Positions 8,485 through 16,997 of a DNA stretch of 64,000 nt are shown in pieces; position 1 is the stretch's first letter, and the number at the start of each line of letters is the position of its first letter. Below the pieces are notes generated by a model. It ran no database searches. It was not told the DNA's origin and saw nothing but the letters and a program-made list of their open reading frames with translations. Both the position numbers and the translations under genes were made by a program. Source of the stretch: Dehalococcoidia bacterium (GTDB lineage Bacteria > Chloroflexota > Dehalococcoidia > Lucifugimonadales > UBA3495); assembly GCA_963664725.1 (NCBI GenBank), contig OY761558.1:2156414-2220413 (forward strand), written 5' to 3'.

Positions 8485-8529
8485 TTGACAGGGCAAATGC
8501 CCTTTCACAAAAAGGGCGTTTGCCAATTG
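8485..8529 (+). repeat. 45-bp palindromic element, copy 1 (ACAGGGCAAATGCCC-N11-GGGCGTTTGCCAATTG)
   Basis: The arms GGCAAATGCCCTTT and AAAGGGCGTTTGCC form a stem of about 14 bp. The element is near-identical to 56796-56838 read on the opposite strand, and it overlaps a TTGACA hexamer. Confidence 0.7.
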
Positions 8530-8765
8530 TTTCCGCCGCTGAAGCTGTGGCAACCTATCTTAGTCGTATCTGACAATCGGATCACTTCGCACCTCCCACC
8601 CAGCACGGACTTCAATTTCCAAGAGGCTCAGCTCCAGGCTCGTAATTTGCCCCATTTGGTCTGACCTGCACATTCCAGCAAAGTCCCAAATGGTGAGCCT
8701 CAGGCCTAACTCCAGCTCAAGTTCAAGAAGGCAGCTAAGCTTCTGAATCATTGGAAGAGGTTGGC

Positions 8766-9080
8766 ATGGGCAAACTCCTTCACCGGCACATCCCTGTTAT
8801 CGCCGTAATCTACACATTGGTACCCGTCACGGCAGCAGCCGTCGTCACATATTTGCTGGTAAGGAAAACCCTGGGACCAGAACCAGCTGCGGCTGCCGTG
8901 GTCCTGTATTTGCTGAGTCTGGCGGGCCTGGCCGCCCTGGTTTTCCGCTTCTATCCCAAAGCATTCGGGCTTCGGCGCGGGAACACCTGGTGGGTCAGAT
9001 TGCTTCGTTCCGCATCCGGGACCAGCGGCAAATTAGCGGATAAGGATACAAGCAGATCTTCTGCGGGGCGTTCAAAGTAA
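8766..9080 (+). CDS. small two-TM membrane protein (hypothetical)
   Basis: Two hydrophobic helices (IPVIAVIYTLVPVTAAAVVTYLLV and AAAAVVLYLLSLAGLAALVF) followed by a basic tail. The ATG at 8766 is preferred over the TTG at 8751. Confidence 0.45.
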   Translation: MGKLLHRHIPVIAVIYTLVPVTAAAVVTYLLVRKTLGPEPAAAAVVLYLLSLAGLAALVFRFYPKAFGLRRGNTWWVRLLRSASGTSGKLADKDTSRSSAGRSK

Positions 9081-9135
9081 TCGTCCTCCTGACCTGCTGG
9101 AGGAAAGGGATAAACGACCACCACGGGAGGGTTAT

Positions 9136-9504
9136 GTGGATATTGCAAGCAATTCCCGAGAACTTATCCTGCACGAGCCTGTGATCATCATCAACATCGA
9201 GAGGTCCATAAGCTCAGATCTCTCTCAGGTTCAGCCTTCAGGCATTTGCGCTGCGGTCAGCAGACTATGGACGGCGATGCCCGAGCCAAATTTAGCCGAC
9301 CGAGCCCTGGTCCTTGCCCGAAATTCCAGTGTGGTCGTCGGGGTCTTTCGAGTGAAGCGCTGGATTAAGAACCCCTTAGACAGGAATCGGTGGGGCATGG
9401 TCATCCAAGAGGCAGACGTTTCCAGCCAGATTCGTTACATAGGGAAAAATATCCCAGAAAAGTACAAGGCCGAAGAAGTCGCTCTCTGTCAGCCAGAAGA
9501 CTGA
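9136..9504 (+). CDS. hypothetical protein
   Basis: 122-aa ORF with GGGAGGG 6 nt upstream of a GTG start. The pattern RLW...ADRALVLARNSSVVVGVFRVKRW...NRWGMV...IRYIGKNIP resembles an uncharacterised family that I cannot name with confidence. Confidence 0.5.
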   Translation: MDIASNSRELILHEPVIIINIERSISSDLSQVQPSGICAAVSRLWTAMPEPNLADRALVLARNSSVVVGVFRVKRWIKNPLDRNRWGMVIQEADVSSQIRYIGKNIPEKYKAEEVALCQPED

Positions 9505-9617
9505 TCGCTCCTGCCCAAAAGCGCCACTAAGCTCTACATTCCCCATCATGGAAACGTCCGAGGGATTGAGAAACCGGCGACGCCTTTCCAGGAAGCTCCC
9601 CAAAGTACGTTTGCATC

Positions 9618-10052
9618 ATGCCTATCGCTAAAGCACCATACCCGAACCTGATGGAGGTACTTGTCAGCAAAGGCTACCGGACGACGGCTTCCAGGAAGGC
9701 AATAGTCAACCTCCTGCTCCAGAGGCAGGGGGGCTTTACGGTCGAGGCGCTCTGTGACGAACTCACCTCCGTGAGCAGGGCGACAGTATATCGAACCATA
9801 AAGCTCTTTCTTGAGGCCGGGGTGGTCTGCAAACTGGCCAAGACGGACAGACCTTGCATATATATCATCTGCGGAGTTGGCCACCACCACCACTCAGTAT
9901 GCCTTCAGTGTGGCTCAGCGGAGGAAATCAGGGCAACTGCGCTGGAACCGTTGATAGCCGCCATTAGTGCCGATATTTCGGCACAAATCATAGACCACCG
10001 CGTTGAGTTGTACGTAACCTGTGAGTGCTGCTCCACGACCGGAGAAGGATAA
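9618..10052 (+). CDS. Fur-family metalloregulator (Fur/Zur/PerR type)
   Basis: Winged-helix segment SRATVYRTIKLFLEAGVV, an HHHH run followed by CLQCG, and a C-terminal CECC pair. The length of 144 aa is typical for the family. Confidence 0.85.
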   Translation: MPIAKAPYPNLMEVLVSKGYRTTASRKAIVNLLLQRQGGFTVEALCDELTSVSRATVYRTIKLFLEAGVVCKLAKTDRPCIYIICGVGHHHHSVCLQCGSAEEIRATALEPLIAAISADISAQIIDHRVELYVTCECCSTTGEG

Positions 10053-10353
10053 GCTACCCAGCCTATCAGCGGTGGCTGTCCGGTCCCACGTGAACGCGCT
10101 GGCTGCCACCTACTCAACCGAAGACAATGCCCGAACCTCTCTCAAGATCTTACAAACCGCCGCCTACGGCTTACAGACAATGATTCCCAAGACCGCAGAA
10201 CCTGCAACCTCCACAAGATCCGCAGGGACCTGGCTATCTCCAGGTCGGAGTTCGAACGAGCATAAACGGAGGGCGCCAAAACCCCCTACGAACAAGAACT
10301 CCTGGGGAAATACCTGGCCCACCTGAACGTCAAAGGGCTGATGAGGAAAAAAC

Positions 10354-11565
10354 ATGGCAGGAAGAACCGCTCTGTCTATCGTTTCGATATTCCTGGCCAT
10401 GACGGCTTTCATGCTCCCGGCGTACGGGGCGGCGGACGCTGCCTCCAGTGAAGGACTAGCGCGCAAACCGTCGCTTTGCACTTCGGGACAAATTGTTCCG
10501 GGGAGCATTGAGGTCTTTTCCAACAGTAGCGTAGCAGGGGAAATTGCCGGCCATACCGTGCATTTTAAGTTCTGCCCTCCCCGGGCCAGTGCGGACGCTG
10601 GACGACACGGATCGCCGACAGAAAGTTCCAAGTATTATATTGCGTTCCTTTGGCAGGACCAGTTCAGCCGTCACAACCGAGACGAAATGGACATCACCCT
10701 GAGGGATGCCGGCGGCAGGACGTGGCCGGTGGACTTAACGAAAGCATCGGGCTGGCGGTATTTCTACCATTATGATGGGTACAACGAGGCTGCAATTGAG
10801 ATCCCGCCGTTCCTGTACCGGAAAGAACAGGCCGGTGGATATTCTCCGGTGGATCTGTGGTTTCAGGTCCCTGTTGCCGCAGGAATATCCAACGGGCGGG
10901 TCGGCCCGCATCGCTGGGGAGTGGCCTTCTACCAGGGCTCCGTCAACAATTGTGGCACATCCATAGACTGGGTTGAAAAAGTGCTGGTGCCCGCCGCGAT
11001 TGACATGTCGCAACCGCAAATCCACGTCAACGACACTTCAGGTAGCGCTAGTTCAAGAACAGTCCTATACGGCTCCGGATTTGAACCTTTCGCCCTCCTG
11101 AGCAGCCTTACCATGGGTGGGCTAGACATCAGACTTGACCGGGACCGCCCAATTTTCACCGATGACAATGGCCAGTTCTTTCTTAACATATTTGTCCCGC
11201 CCCTGGACGTAGGTCTTACGAAAATAGAAGTAACCGTGGGAGAGAAAACGGTCTCCACAGGATTTACTGTGACCTATGGCTCCCCAGGTACATTCTTCGA
11301 CCGTGGCCTATTAGTCGAGCGACCGGACCAGGCCCTGGGACCAAATCTGGCAACGGTGTTTCACTATGAACTGAGGTCCGGCCAATGGGTCTTCTACGAC
11401 CCCGAAATAAGCCCACGGAAGAACACCCTGCAGTGGCTTGTTGATGGTGAGTGCTATTGGATTCTGGTGAAGGATCCAGTCGAGGTGGAAGTGTCAGAAA
11501 CGCTGCTGACCTTGACCTGCAGCAGTGATGGAAACTGTTGGAACCAGGTCGTTTGGTGGAATTAA
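10354..11565 (+). CDS. secreted IPT/TIG-domain protein with conserved Cys-pair C-terminal domain
   Basis: Signal peptide (LAMTAFMLPAYGAADA). IPT-like segment VLYGSGFEPFALLSSLTMGGLDI...TKIEVTVGEKTVSTGFTV. The last 77 aa or so align with the C-terminus of the 49916-53293 protein and end CWNQVVWWN. Confidence 0.7.
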   Translation: MAGRTALSIVSIFLAMTAFMLPAYGAADAASSEGLARKPSLCTSGQIVPGSIEVFSNSSVAGEIAGHTVHFKFCPPRASADAGRHGSPTESSKYYIAFLWQDQFSRHNRDEMDITLRDAGGRTWPVDLTKASGWRYFYHYDGYNEAAIEIPPFLYRKEQAGGYSPVDLWFQVPVAAGISNGRVGPHRWGVAFYQGSVNNCGTSIDWVEKVLVPAAIDMSQPQIHVNDTSGSASSRTVLYGSGFEPFALLSSLTMGGLDIRLDRDRPIFTDDNGQFFLNIFVPPLDVGLTKIEVTVGEKTVSTGFTVTYGSPGTFFDRGLLVERPDQALGPNLATVFHYELRSGQWVFYDPEISPRKNTLQWLVDGECYWILVKDPVEVEVSETLLTLTCSSDGNCWNQVVWWN

Positions 11566-11759
11566 TGACAGAGATTCTAGGTGATCCCTTGCAACCTGCT
11601 CTAATTGAAGGACAATCTGACCCGGAGTATTTACGGGCCTGCAGCACCCGCCTTCTCCGCAACAAAGTGTGCGCCCGCGCCCTTTCAACCCCCGGCTGGA
11701 ATACAGGAAGTATGATTTTCTGCCGGCCGGCAACAAACCGGGTTTTCCAACTACCTCAT

Positions 11760-12135
11760 CAGCTACCGACAATGGAACTTTCCAGCCACCCATTTCCAAC
11801 AGCTGGGATCCTCGAGGATTTAGGCGGAGCCAGCAAGGCACAATAGCGGGGTCCTAATGGTGTCAAGCTGCACCGGACCACACCAGTATTCGGGCTCTCA
11901 CCCCGCCAGATCGGCCGGAGAGTCAGCGCCGCGGCAAAGGCCGCAGGCCTGGGTGAGGGGTATACCGGCAACAGCGGCCGGGCGGGCATGGCCCAGGACC
12001 TGGCCAAGACCGGCGCCGAGCTGACAGCCCTGATGACCGCGGGGTCGTGGAAGAGTTCTACTATGCCGGCCCGTGATAGTGAAAGGCAAGCGGCAGACCG
12101 AGGGCGGTAGCAAAGTATTACCAGTCCAAGGAGTA
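11760..12135 (+). pseudogene. tyrosine recombinase C-terminal fragment (copy C3, most decayed)
   Basis: My translation is RQIGRRVSAAAKAAGLGEGYTGNSGRAGMAQDLAKTGAELTALMTAGSWKSSTMPARDSERQAADRGR*. The HxxR His is changed to Asn, the nucleophile Tyr is changed to Asp, and there is a premature stop. Weaker homology (ISNSWDPRG versus IRSKTDPEAEG) extends upstream to about 11760. Confidence 0.6.
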
Positions 12136-12197
12136 AACACCCGACGTTAACGCATTACGGACAGGGTCCGAATTGATAAGGGGGTCCACCAAGAACT

Positions 12198-14330
12198 ATG
12201 GACTTCAATCTTCACAAGCGCATTGTCATAGGCACCCTAATCCTCCTCCTGATCCTGGGATGTCAGGGCAGCGCCACCCAACCTGAACAGCCCGAGGCCG
12301 TCCCGAACACAGCAATTCCAGTACCCACCGCCGCACCATTACAGGAGGCGGCTCCAGTCCCACGCCCGACCATACAGGAACAAGCGGCCGACACCACCGC
12401 GCTGGCAACCCCGCAATCTCCCCTGGTGGTTATACCCTCTACGCGTCCCGCGCCGTCAGGGACATCGCCAACTCCACCGGCAATAGATTCGGCAGAAGCA
12501 GTCGTAGAGACTCCTGCAGCGCCAGCAATAGATTCGGCAGAAGCAGTGGTAGAAACCCCTGCAGCACCACCCTCGGCGCAGGCGCCTGTTCCCACCGAAG
12601 TGCCCGGACCAGCAGCGACTGCACCGCCAGCGGTGGCAATAACGCCGACCACCGAAGCAGGGGTGGACCCCAGGTTTAGCTCCATGAGCGTTGGCGGCCG
12701 CCACGCCTGCGGCGTCAAAGCTGAAGGCGCACCCTACTGCTGGGGGAGCAACGCATACGGCGGGGGCGCCTCTCCGCCCGAAGGCCTGTCGTTGACCGAA
12801 ATCACAGCCGGAGGCTCCCACTCCTGCGGGTTAAGACCCGACGCTACGGCAATCTGCTGGGGCGGGCTCAAGGGAGAAGGCATAATCGCGCCAGGTGTCC
12901 TGCCTGCAGACCTGATGTTTACCAAGTTCAAGTCCCTGTCGGGTGGAACAAACGCTACTTGCGGCATCAAGGCCGATGATTCCGTCGCCTGCTGGGGATT
13001 CCTCAGCCGCGGCCAGGAGTTCTCCAGTCCAAGCCAGACCGAATCATTCTCAATGGTCAGCGTGGGTAGCGCCCATGCCTGCGGGGTAACTACCGACGGC
13101 CAGCTCCGTTGCTGGGGAGACCCACTTGAATACCACACTGCTGACGAGGTGCCTGAGTCGGCGTCCAGCACCCAGTTTGCCACCGTCAGTGCCGGTCCTA
13201 CCAACACCTGCGCGGTGTCCACGGAGGGTACTGTGCTGTGCTGGGGCAGCGACTACGGTGCTGGATTGGTCCCTCACGGCGGGAGCTTCACGTCGGTAAG
13301 CACCGGCGAGGGCCAGGCCTGCGGCGTCCTGAGCAATGCCGCCCTGGCCTGCTGGTGGGACGACCACCTGGCAGCCCCTGTCCCCGGTGGGACCTTCACA
13401 TCGGTGGGAGTATCCACCCTCGAGAAGGACCACCATAAGGGAAGTACAAGCGTGTGCGCACTGAGGACCGACGGGACCGTCGCCTGCTGGGGGGAAGCAG
13501 GCATTGGCCCAGCTCCCGGAGGAGCCTTCAAGTCGGTTGATATTGGCGTAAGAGATGCCACCTGCGGATTGAAAACCGACAACACGGTGGTTTGCTGGAA
13601 CAACGCCGGATACCGCCCTCTGCGGACCGATAATATCGAGCCGCCCCCTGCGGAAACGCCCTTTCTTTCGGTTAGCACCGGAAACAGCCACGTATGCGCA
13701 GTAGCCACCGACGGAGTCCTTCAGTGTTGGGGCGAAATCGACAAGAACAAGGCAGAATTCCCCGCCGGTACCTTTCAGTCGGTCACCGCAGGCTACGAAT
13801 CCGCCTGCGCTCTCAAACCCGACGGGTCGGTGGCCTGCTGGGGCGGTTTTGGCCCGGACAGAGACCTGACCGGGGCCACCGGTCCACCGGATGGCGCCTT
13901 TGTCACCATAGACTCGGGCGGCCACCACACCTGCGGGATACGGACAGACGGCACACTGGCCTGCTGGGGCCTGGCAGCCGTCCGGGGGCTGCCTCCACCG
14001 GAGGGTTCCTTCATTGCAGTGGACGCAGGCGACGACCAGACCTGCGGCATTGAGGCTGATGGCTCTCTCTTCTGCTGGAACGAAGACAAAGTATGGGAGC
14101 AGTCCGGAGGGCCGTACCTGTCTGTCGGCGTGGGAGCGGACCACTGGTGCGCTGTAAAAGCCGGCGGCTCAATAACCTGCTGGGGCAGCGACTCGGACTG
14201 GGCGGCAGGGCCAACCGGTCGGACAGAGCCGCCGCCCGGGCCCTTCGTATCAGTTGAGGCCGGGGATCTCAATACCTGTGGCATCAGACCCGATGCTTCC
14301 CTGGTCTGCTGGGGAGGTTACTCGCGATAA
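12198..14330 (+). CDS. RCC1-like repeat (beta-propeller) lipoprotein, paralog 1
   Basis: Lipobox LLILGCQG and a Pro/Ala/Thr-rich linker. More than 12 repeats follow, of the type xxAGxxHxCGxxxDGxxxCWG (RCC1_2-like). It ends TCGIRPDASLVCWGGYSR. Confidence 0.85.
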   Translation: MDFNLHKRIVIGTLILLLILGCQGSATQPEQPEAVPNTAIPVPTAAPLQEAAPVPRPTIQEQAADTTALATPQSPLVVIPSTRPAPSGTSPTPPAIDSAEAVVETPAAPAIDSAEAVVETPAAPPSAQAPVPTEVPGPAATAPPAVAITPTTEAGVDPRFSSMSVGGRHACGVKAEGAPYCWGSNAYGGGASPPEGLSLTEITAGGSHSCGLRPDATAICWGGLKGEGIIAPGVLPADLMFTKFKSLSGGTNATCGIKADDSVACWGFLSRGQEFSSPSQTESFSMVSVGSAHACGVTTDGQLRCWGDPLEYHTADEVPESASSTQFATVSAGPTNTCAVSTEGTVLCWGSDYGAGLVPHGGSFTSVSTGEGQACGVLSNAALACWWDDHLAAPVPGGTFTSVGVSTLEKDHHKGSTSVCALRTDGTVACWGEAGIGPAPGGAFKSVDIGVRDATCGLKTDNTVVCWNNAGYRPLRTDNIEPPPAETPFLSVSTGNSHVCAVATDGVLQCWGEIDKNKAEFPAGTFQSVTAGYESACALKPDGSVACWGGFGPDRDLTGATGPPDGAFVTIDSGGHHTCGIRTDGTLACWGLAAVRGLPPPEGSFIAVDAGDDQTCGIEADGSLFCWNEDKVWEQSGGPYLSVGVGADHWCAVKAGGSITCWGSDSDWAAGPTGRTEPPPGPFVSVEAGDLNTCGIRPDASLVCWGGYSR
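12480..12569 (+). repeat. 45-bp tandem duplication (x2) inside the linker of RCC1-like paralog 1
   Basis: 12480-12524 and 12525-12569 differ at a few bases. They encode AIDSAEAVVETPAAP twice. Confidence 0.85.
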
Positions 14331-14346
14331 AGGAACAAGGGACAAG

Positions 14347-14375
14347 GGGGCGGGGCCGCTTCCCCGCCCCTTTTT
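14347..14375 (+). terminator. rho-independent terminator
   Basis: Stem GGGGCGGGG, loop ccgctt, stem CCCCGCCCC, followed by TTTTT, 17 nt after the stop of 12198-14330. Confidence 0.75.
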
Positions 14376-14478
14376 CGACAAACCAAGGACGATTTTGAGT
14401 GCCCCAAAAGGCCTTGATACGGCAGAAGCAACCTGTCCTGTAAATTAGCTTTTCATAAGGACGCCTGAGGTTCCCGAA

Positions 14479-14778
14479 ATGACTTTGCAGAACCCTCTCC
14501 GGCCAGCCCTCCAGGGCCCCGCCGAAACCTTGCCACCTGCGCCCAACGGGTCTGCTGGTCCCCTGGACCACCGCGCTTCCGAAGACTCCAGGATGATGTA
14601 TGCCGCCGCAAGGCGGTCCTGCACTCAGTGGCTCCAGGCCCGGGACAACCGCTTCATCACGGCGACTCCAGCCCTGATGGCCGCCACCCGGTTATACCAG
14701 GCGACCCGGCCGCGCACTACACGAGCGCTGCTTACAGTCGCCCCACATTCAAGGCCAGACTATCCCGATTGGAAGTAG
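14479..14778 (+). pseudogene. tyrosine recombinase N-terminal fragment (copy N-A)
   Basis: MTLQNPL...ASEDSRMMYAAARRSCTQWLQARDNRFITATPALMAA parallels copy N-B and the N-terminal core-binding (SAM-like) domain pattern S.N(T/S)R..Y...W..F..W......P. There is no catalytic domain. Confidence 0.5.
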
Positions 14779-14839
14779 TCACATAAGCACAAGACGGCGA
14801 CAACAGGCGTCTTGGATCCATTGGGGAGGTATCGTAGAT

Positions 14840-16897
14840 ATGTTGAAAACGGGCGGCAACGAAGCAGTTCTGCGCTTGGGTAAATACTGCTTCATCGCAG
14901 GGTTGGCGGCCATAGCGGTGGCGGCCGTCGGGATATCATGTGGCGGCAGCAGCCAGGACGCCAGTTCATCCCCCAACCAGGCGGCGGGGGATGGAAGGCT
15001 CAGTACGGCCCAAAGTGGAGTTCCTCCGGAGCCCGGCATATCAGCCGGGGCCGGAAGGGCCCCCGCTTCCCAGGATCTCGCACCGGCTCCTCCGCAAATG
15101 CCACAGTCCGCCGGTCCCGAGCCCGGTGAAACGGAACGACCCATGGCCACAACAGGGGATAATGAGGTGCCCATCCCTCCGGCTGAACTGGCCACCCCCG
15201 GAACAAGTACAAGCCAGGATACCTCCGGAGCCGGGGTAGCTCCTGAAGGCGGCCGTGGACCCACCCCCCAGAATACCGGGCTGGCGCCCACTGAAGTACC
15301 GCAGTCACCCGTCTCCGAAGGCGAAACCGGTGGAGAAAGCGAAGCCAGCAACGCAGGCGTCCCCGGACCAGGTCATTCAGCCCTCTCCACCAGAGACCTG
15401 AAGTCTGTACCCAAAGGGGACTATCCCTGGGTGGTAATGGTGGACACGGACGCATTCATTGCTGGCGACGTTCCTCCGCTAGTCGGTAGCGTCATCGGAA
15501 TCCCCTACATACCCAGTCTGTTGGCCGAGGCTTCAGGTGTCCCGACAGAACAGCTACAGGGCGCCGTACGTTTGTTGGACGGATACGACATTCCCGCTGA
15601 CGCTGTGGAGAAAGCAACCGTGGTGGGAGGTAATTTTGGGGATAACAAACCCCTGGAATTTGCGGTGGTTCTTGAAGGAGATTTTGACTACGCCGAAATT
15701 CTTGACTTCCTGAACAGGAGCGGGTATTGGCTTAGGGCCAAGGGACCTGGCTTATGGTTCTACGAAAGCGAGGATAATGGAGTCGCAAGCTTTGAAGACG
15801 ACGGATACCTGATTATTGGCGACCCCGCTGACGTTGGTGCCGCCTTCGACGAAATGTCCAGGTCTGCCAACAGGTCCGATGTGACCTGGGCTGGAGACAT
15901 CGGTATTTCCACCGGTTCGATCAGGGTTGCCGCGTCCGTCTCAGATGACGATCGGCCATACTCCAAGCGAGTTATCGCTCTGCAAGGGGCCTTCGACTTC
16001 GCCCGGATCAGAAGCCAGCTTTCCGTCAATGGCTATCTTGTTGACCCGGAAAACGTTGAGGGTTACGAGGTTTGGCAACGGCCTGACGACGACATTGTCG
16101 TAGCGCTGGTCGATTACAACGACTACGTACTGCTGGGCGACCGGTACCTCATTTCGGACCTGTTCCATACCACTGTCAGTCCGCTAATTCCAGGCCGCCT
16201 CCTGAGGCAGGTTTACGGGACGAAACTGGCAGAAGTAGATACGCTGGTCTCCCTGGGCGGGGGCACTGCAATTCTGGGCGACTACGACCCGGAAGAATTC
16301 AGAACCGCGATGCAAGGTAATGAACAAGTCGAAGGGGCCACGTCCGAGGCATGGATACTAACCGACCCCGTCACGTCAAGAAATCTTTTCGCGGAACTCT
16401 TGGGGGGCGTCATATATACCTTTCCAGTGGGGGTTCTTGCGGAGGCTGCCGGGGAGACGGAATTGCGGGACGATGCTGGAAATCCCCTGGTCAAGGCAAT
16501 GGAAATAGCCGGACCCGGCTGGCTGTTAGGAGCCTGGTCAGGCCCCTGGTATTGCAAAAAGTTTGTTTTCGACCTGGATGTAGACAGCTGCCAGGCCACG
16601 GCATTGGCGGTTCAATCCGCAGGCAATGAAGCTGTGGCAGCCAACTGGGTTATTCTCATGGATGGTCAAGAGGCGGCAGCCCAGGCCAGCGGTCAGTTGG
16701 AAAGTGCTCTTGCGGCAAAAGAGGACCTGCTGTCGGTGGCAAGCGTGCTTAGCCTGGGCCGGACGGAGGATGGTCTTCTGGAATATGAAGTAACCAATGA
16801 AGGCGATGCAGTCGTCGTGAAGCTGAGAGTAACCACAGAATACGCCGCTCAATTTCTGTATTTGGTCCTTAGTGAGATGAACAAGTCCTTGAGATGA
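14840..16897 (+). CDS. lipoprotein with long Pro-rich linker, unknown function
   Basis: Lipobox AAVGISCGG and a disordered Pro/Gly/Ser segment of about 170 aa. The globular part of about 480 aa contains internally repeated EGDFDYAEI / QGAFDFARI modules. Confidence 0.7.
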   Translation: MLKTGGNEAVLRLGKYCFIAGLAAIAVAAVGISCGGSSQDASSSPNQAAGDGRLSTAQSGVPPEPGISAGAGRAPASQDLAPAPPQMPQSAGPEPGETERPMATTGDNEVPIPPAELATPGTSTSQDTSGAGVAPEGGRGPTPQNTGLAPTEVPQSPVSEGETGGESEASNAGVPGPGHSALSTRDLKSVPKGDYPWVVMVDTDAFIAGDVPPLVGSVIGIPYIPSLLAEASGVPTEQLQGAVRLLDGYDIPADAVEKATVVGGNFGDNKPLEFAVVLEGDFDYAEILDFLNRSGYWLRAKGPGLWFYESEDNGVASFEDDGYLIIGDPADVGAAFDEMSRSANRSDVTWAGDIGISTGSIRVAASVSDDDRPYSKRVIALQGAFDFARIRSQLSVNGYLVDPENVEGYEVWQRPDDDIVVALVDYNDYVLLGDRYLISDLFHTTVSPLIPGRLLRQVYGTKLAEVDTLVSLGGGTAILGDYDPEEFRTAMQGNEQVEGATSEAWILTDPVTSRNLFAELLGGVIYTFPVGVLAEAAGETELRDDAGNPLVKAMEIAGPGWLLGAWSGPWYCKKFVFDLDVDSCQATALAVQSAGNEAVAANWVILMDGQEAAAQASGQLESALAAKEDLLSVASVLSLGRTEDGLLEYEVTNEGDAVVVKLRVTTEYAAQFLYLVLSEMNKSLR

Positions 16898-16997
16898 GGT
16901 ATGCCCTGACTTGGCTTCCTGCGGACAAATTTCTCTTCAGGAGCTCCAGTCAATAAGGCACATATTACGGTTAAAGGACCGGTTAGGGAGGCCAGCC

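Noticed and set aside
8560-8751. 63-aa minus-strand ORF (MIQKLSCLLELELELGL...WEVRSDPIVRYD) next to the palindromic element; considered as a toxin-antitoxin partner of the RHH-like ORF
   Set aside because: I could recall no recognisable toxin or antitoxin family pattern. It lies in an AT-richer region that may simply be intergenic, and it overlaps the start region of the plus-strand membrane-protein gene.
10190-10353. XRE-type HTH-like peptide (NLHKIRRDLAISRSEFERA*TEGAKTPYEQELLGKYLAHLNV) with an in-frame TAA between the Fur gene and the IPT gene
   Set aside because: It is too short and too weakly similar to distinguish from chance, it has no start codon, and it overlaps the upstream region of the next gene.
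11332-11565. Diversity-generating retroelement targeting the conserved C-terminal domain
   Set aside because: No ORF in the window is reverse-transcriptase-like (no YxDD-type motif seen). No template-repeat copy of the C-terminal coding sequence is present, and the two domain copies share little nucleotide identity.
13050-14144. 364-aa minus-strand ORF, plus similar ones at 12734-13222, 18032-18721 and 17567-17959
   Set aside because: All are antisense to the RCC1-like genes, whose repeat structure and lipoboxes are convincing. None contains a recognisable motif.
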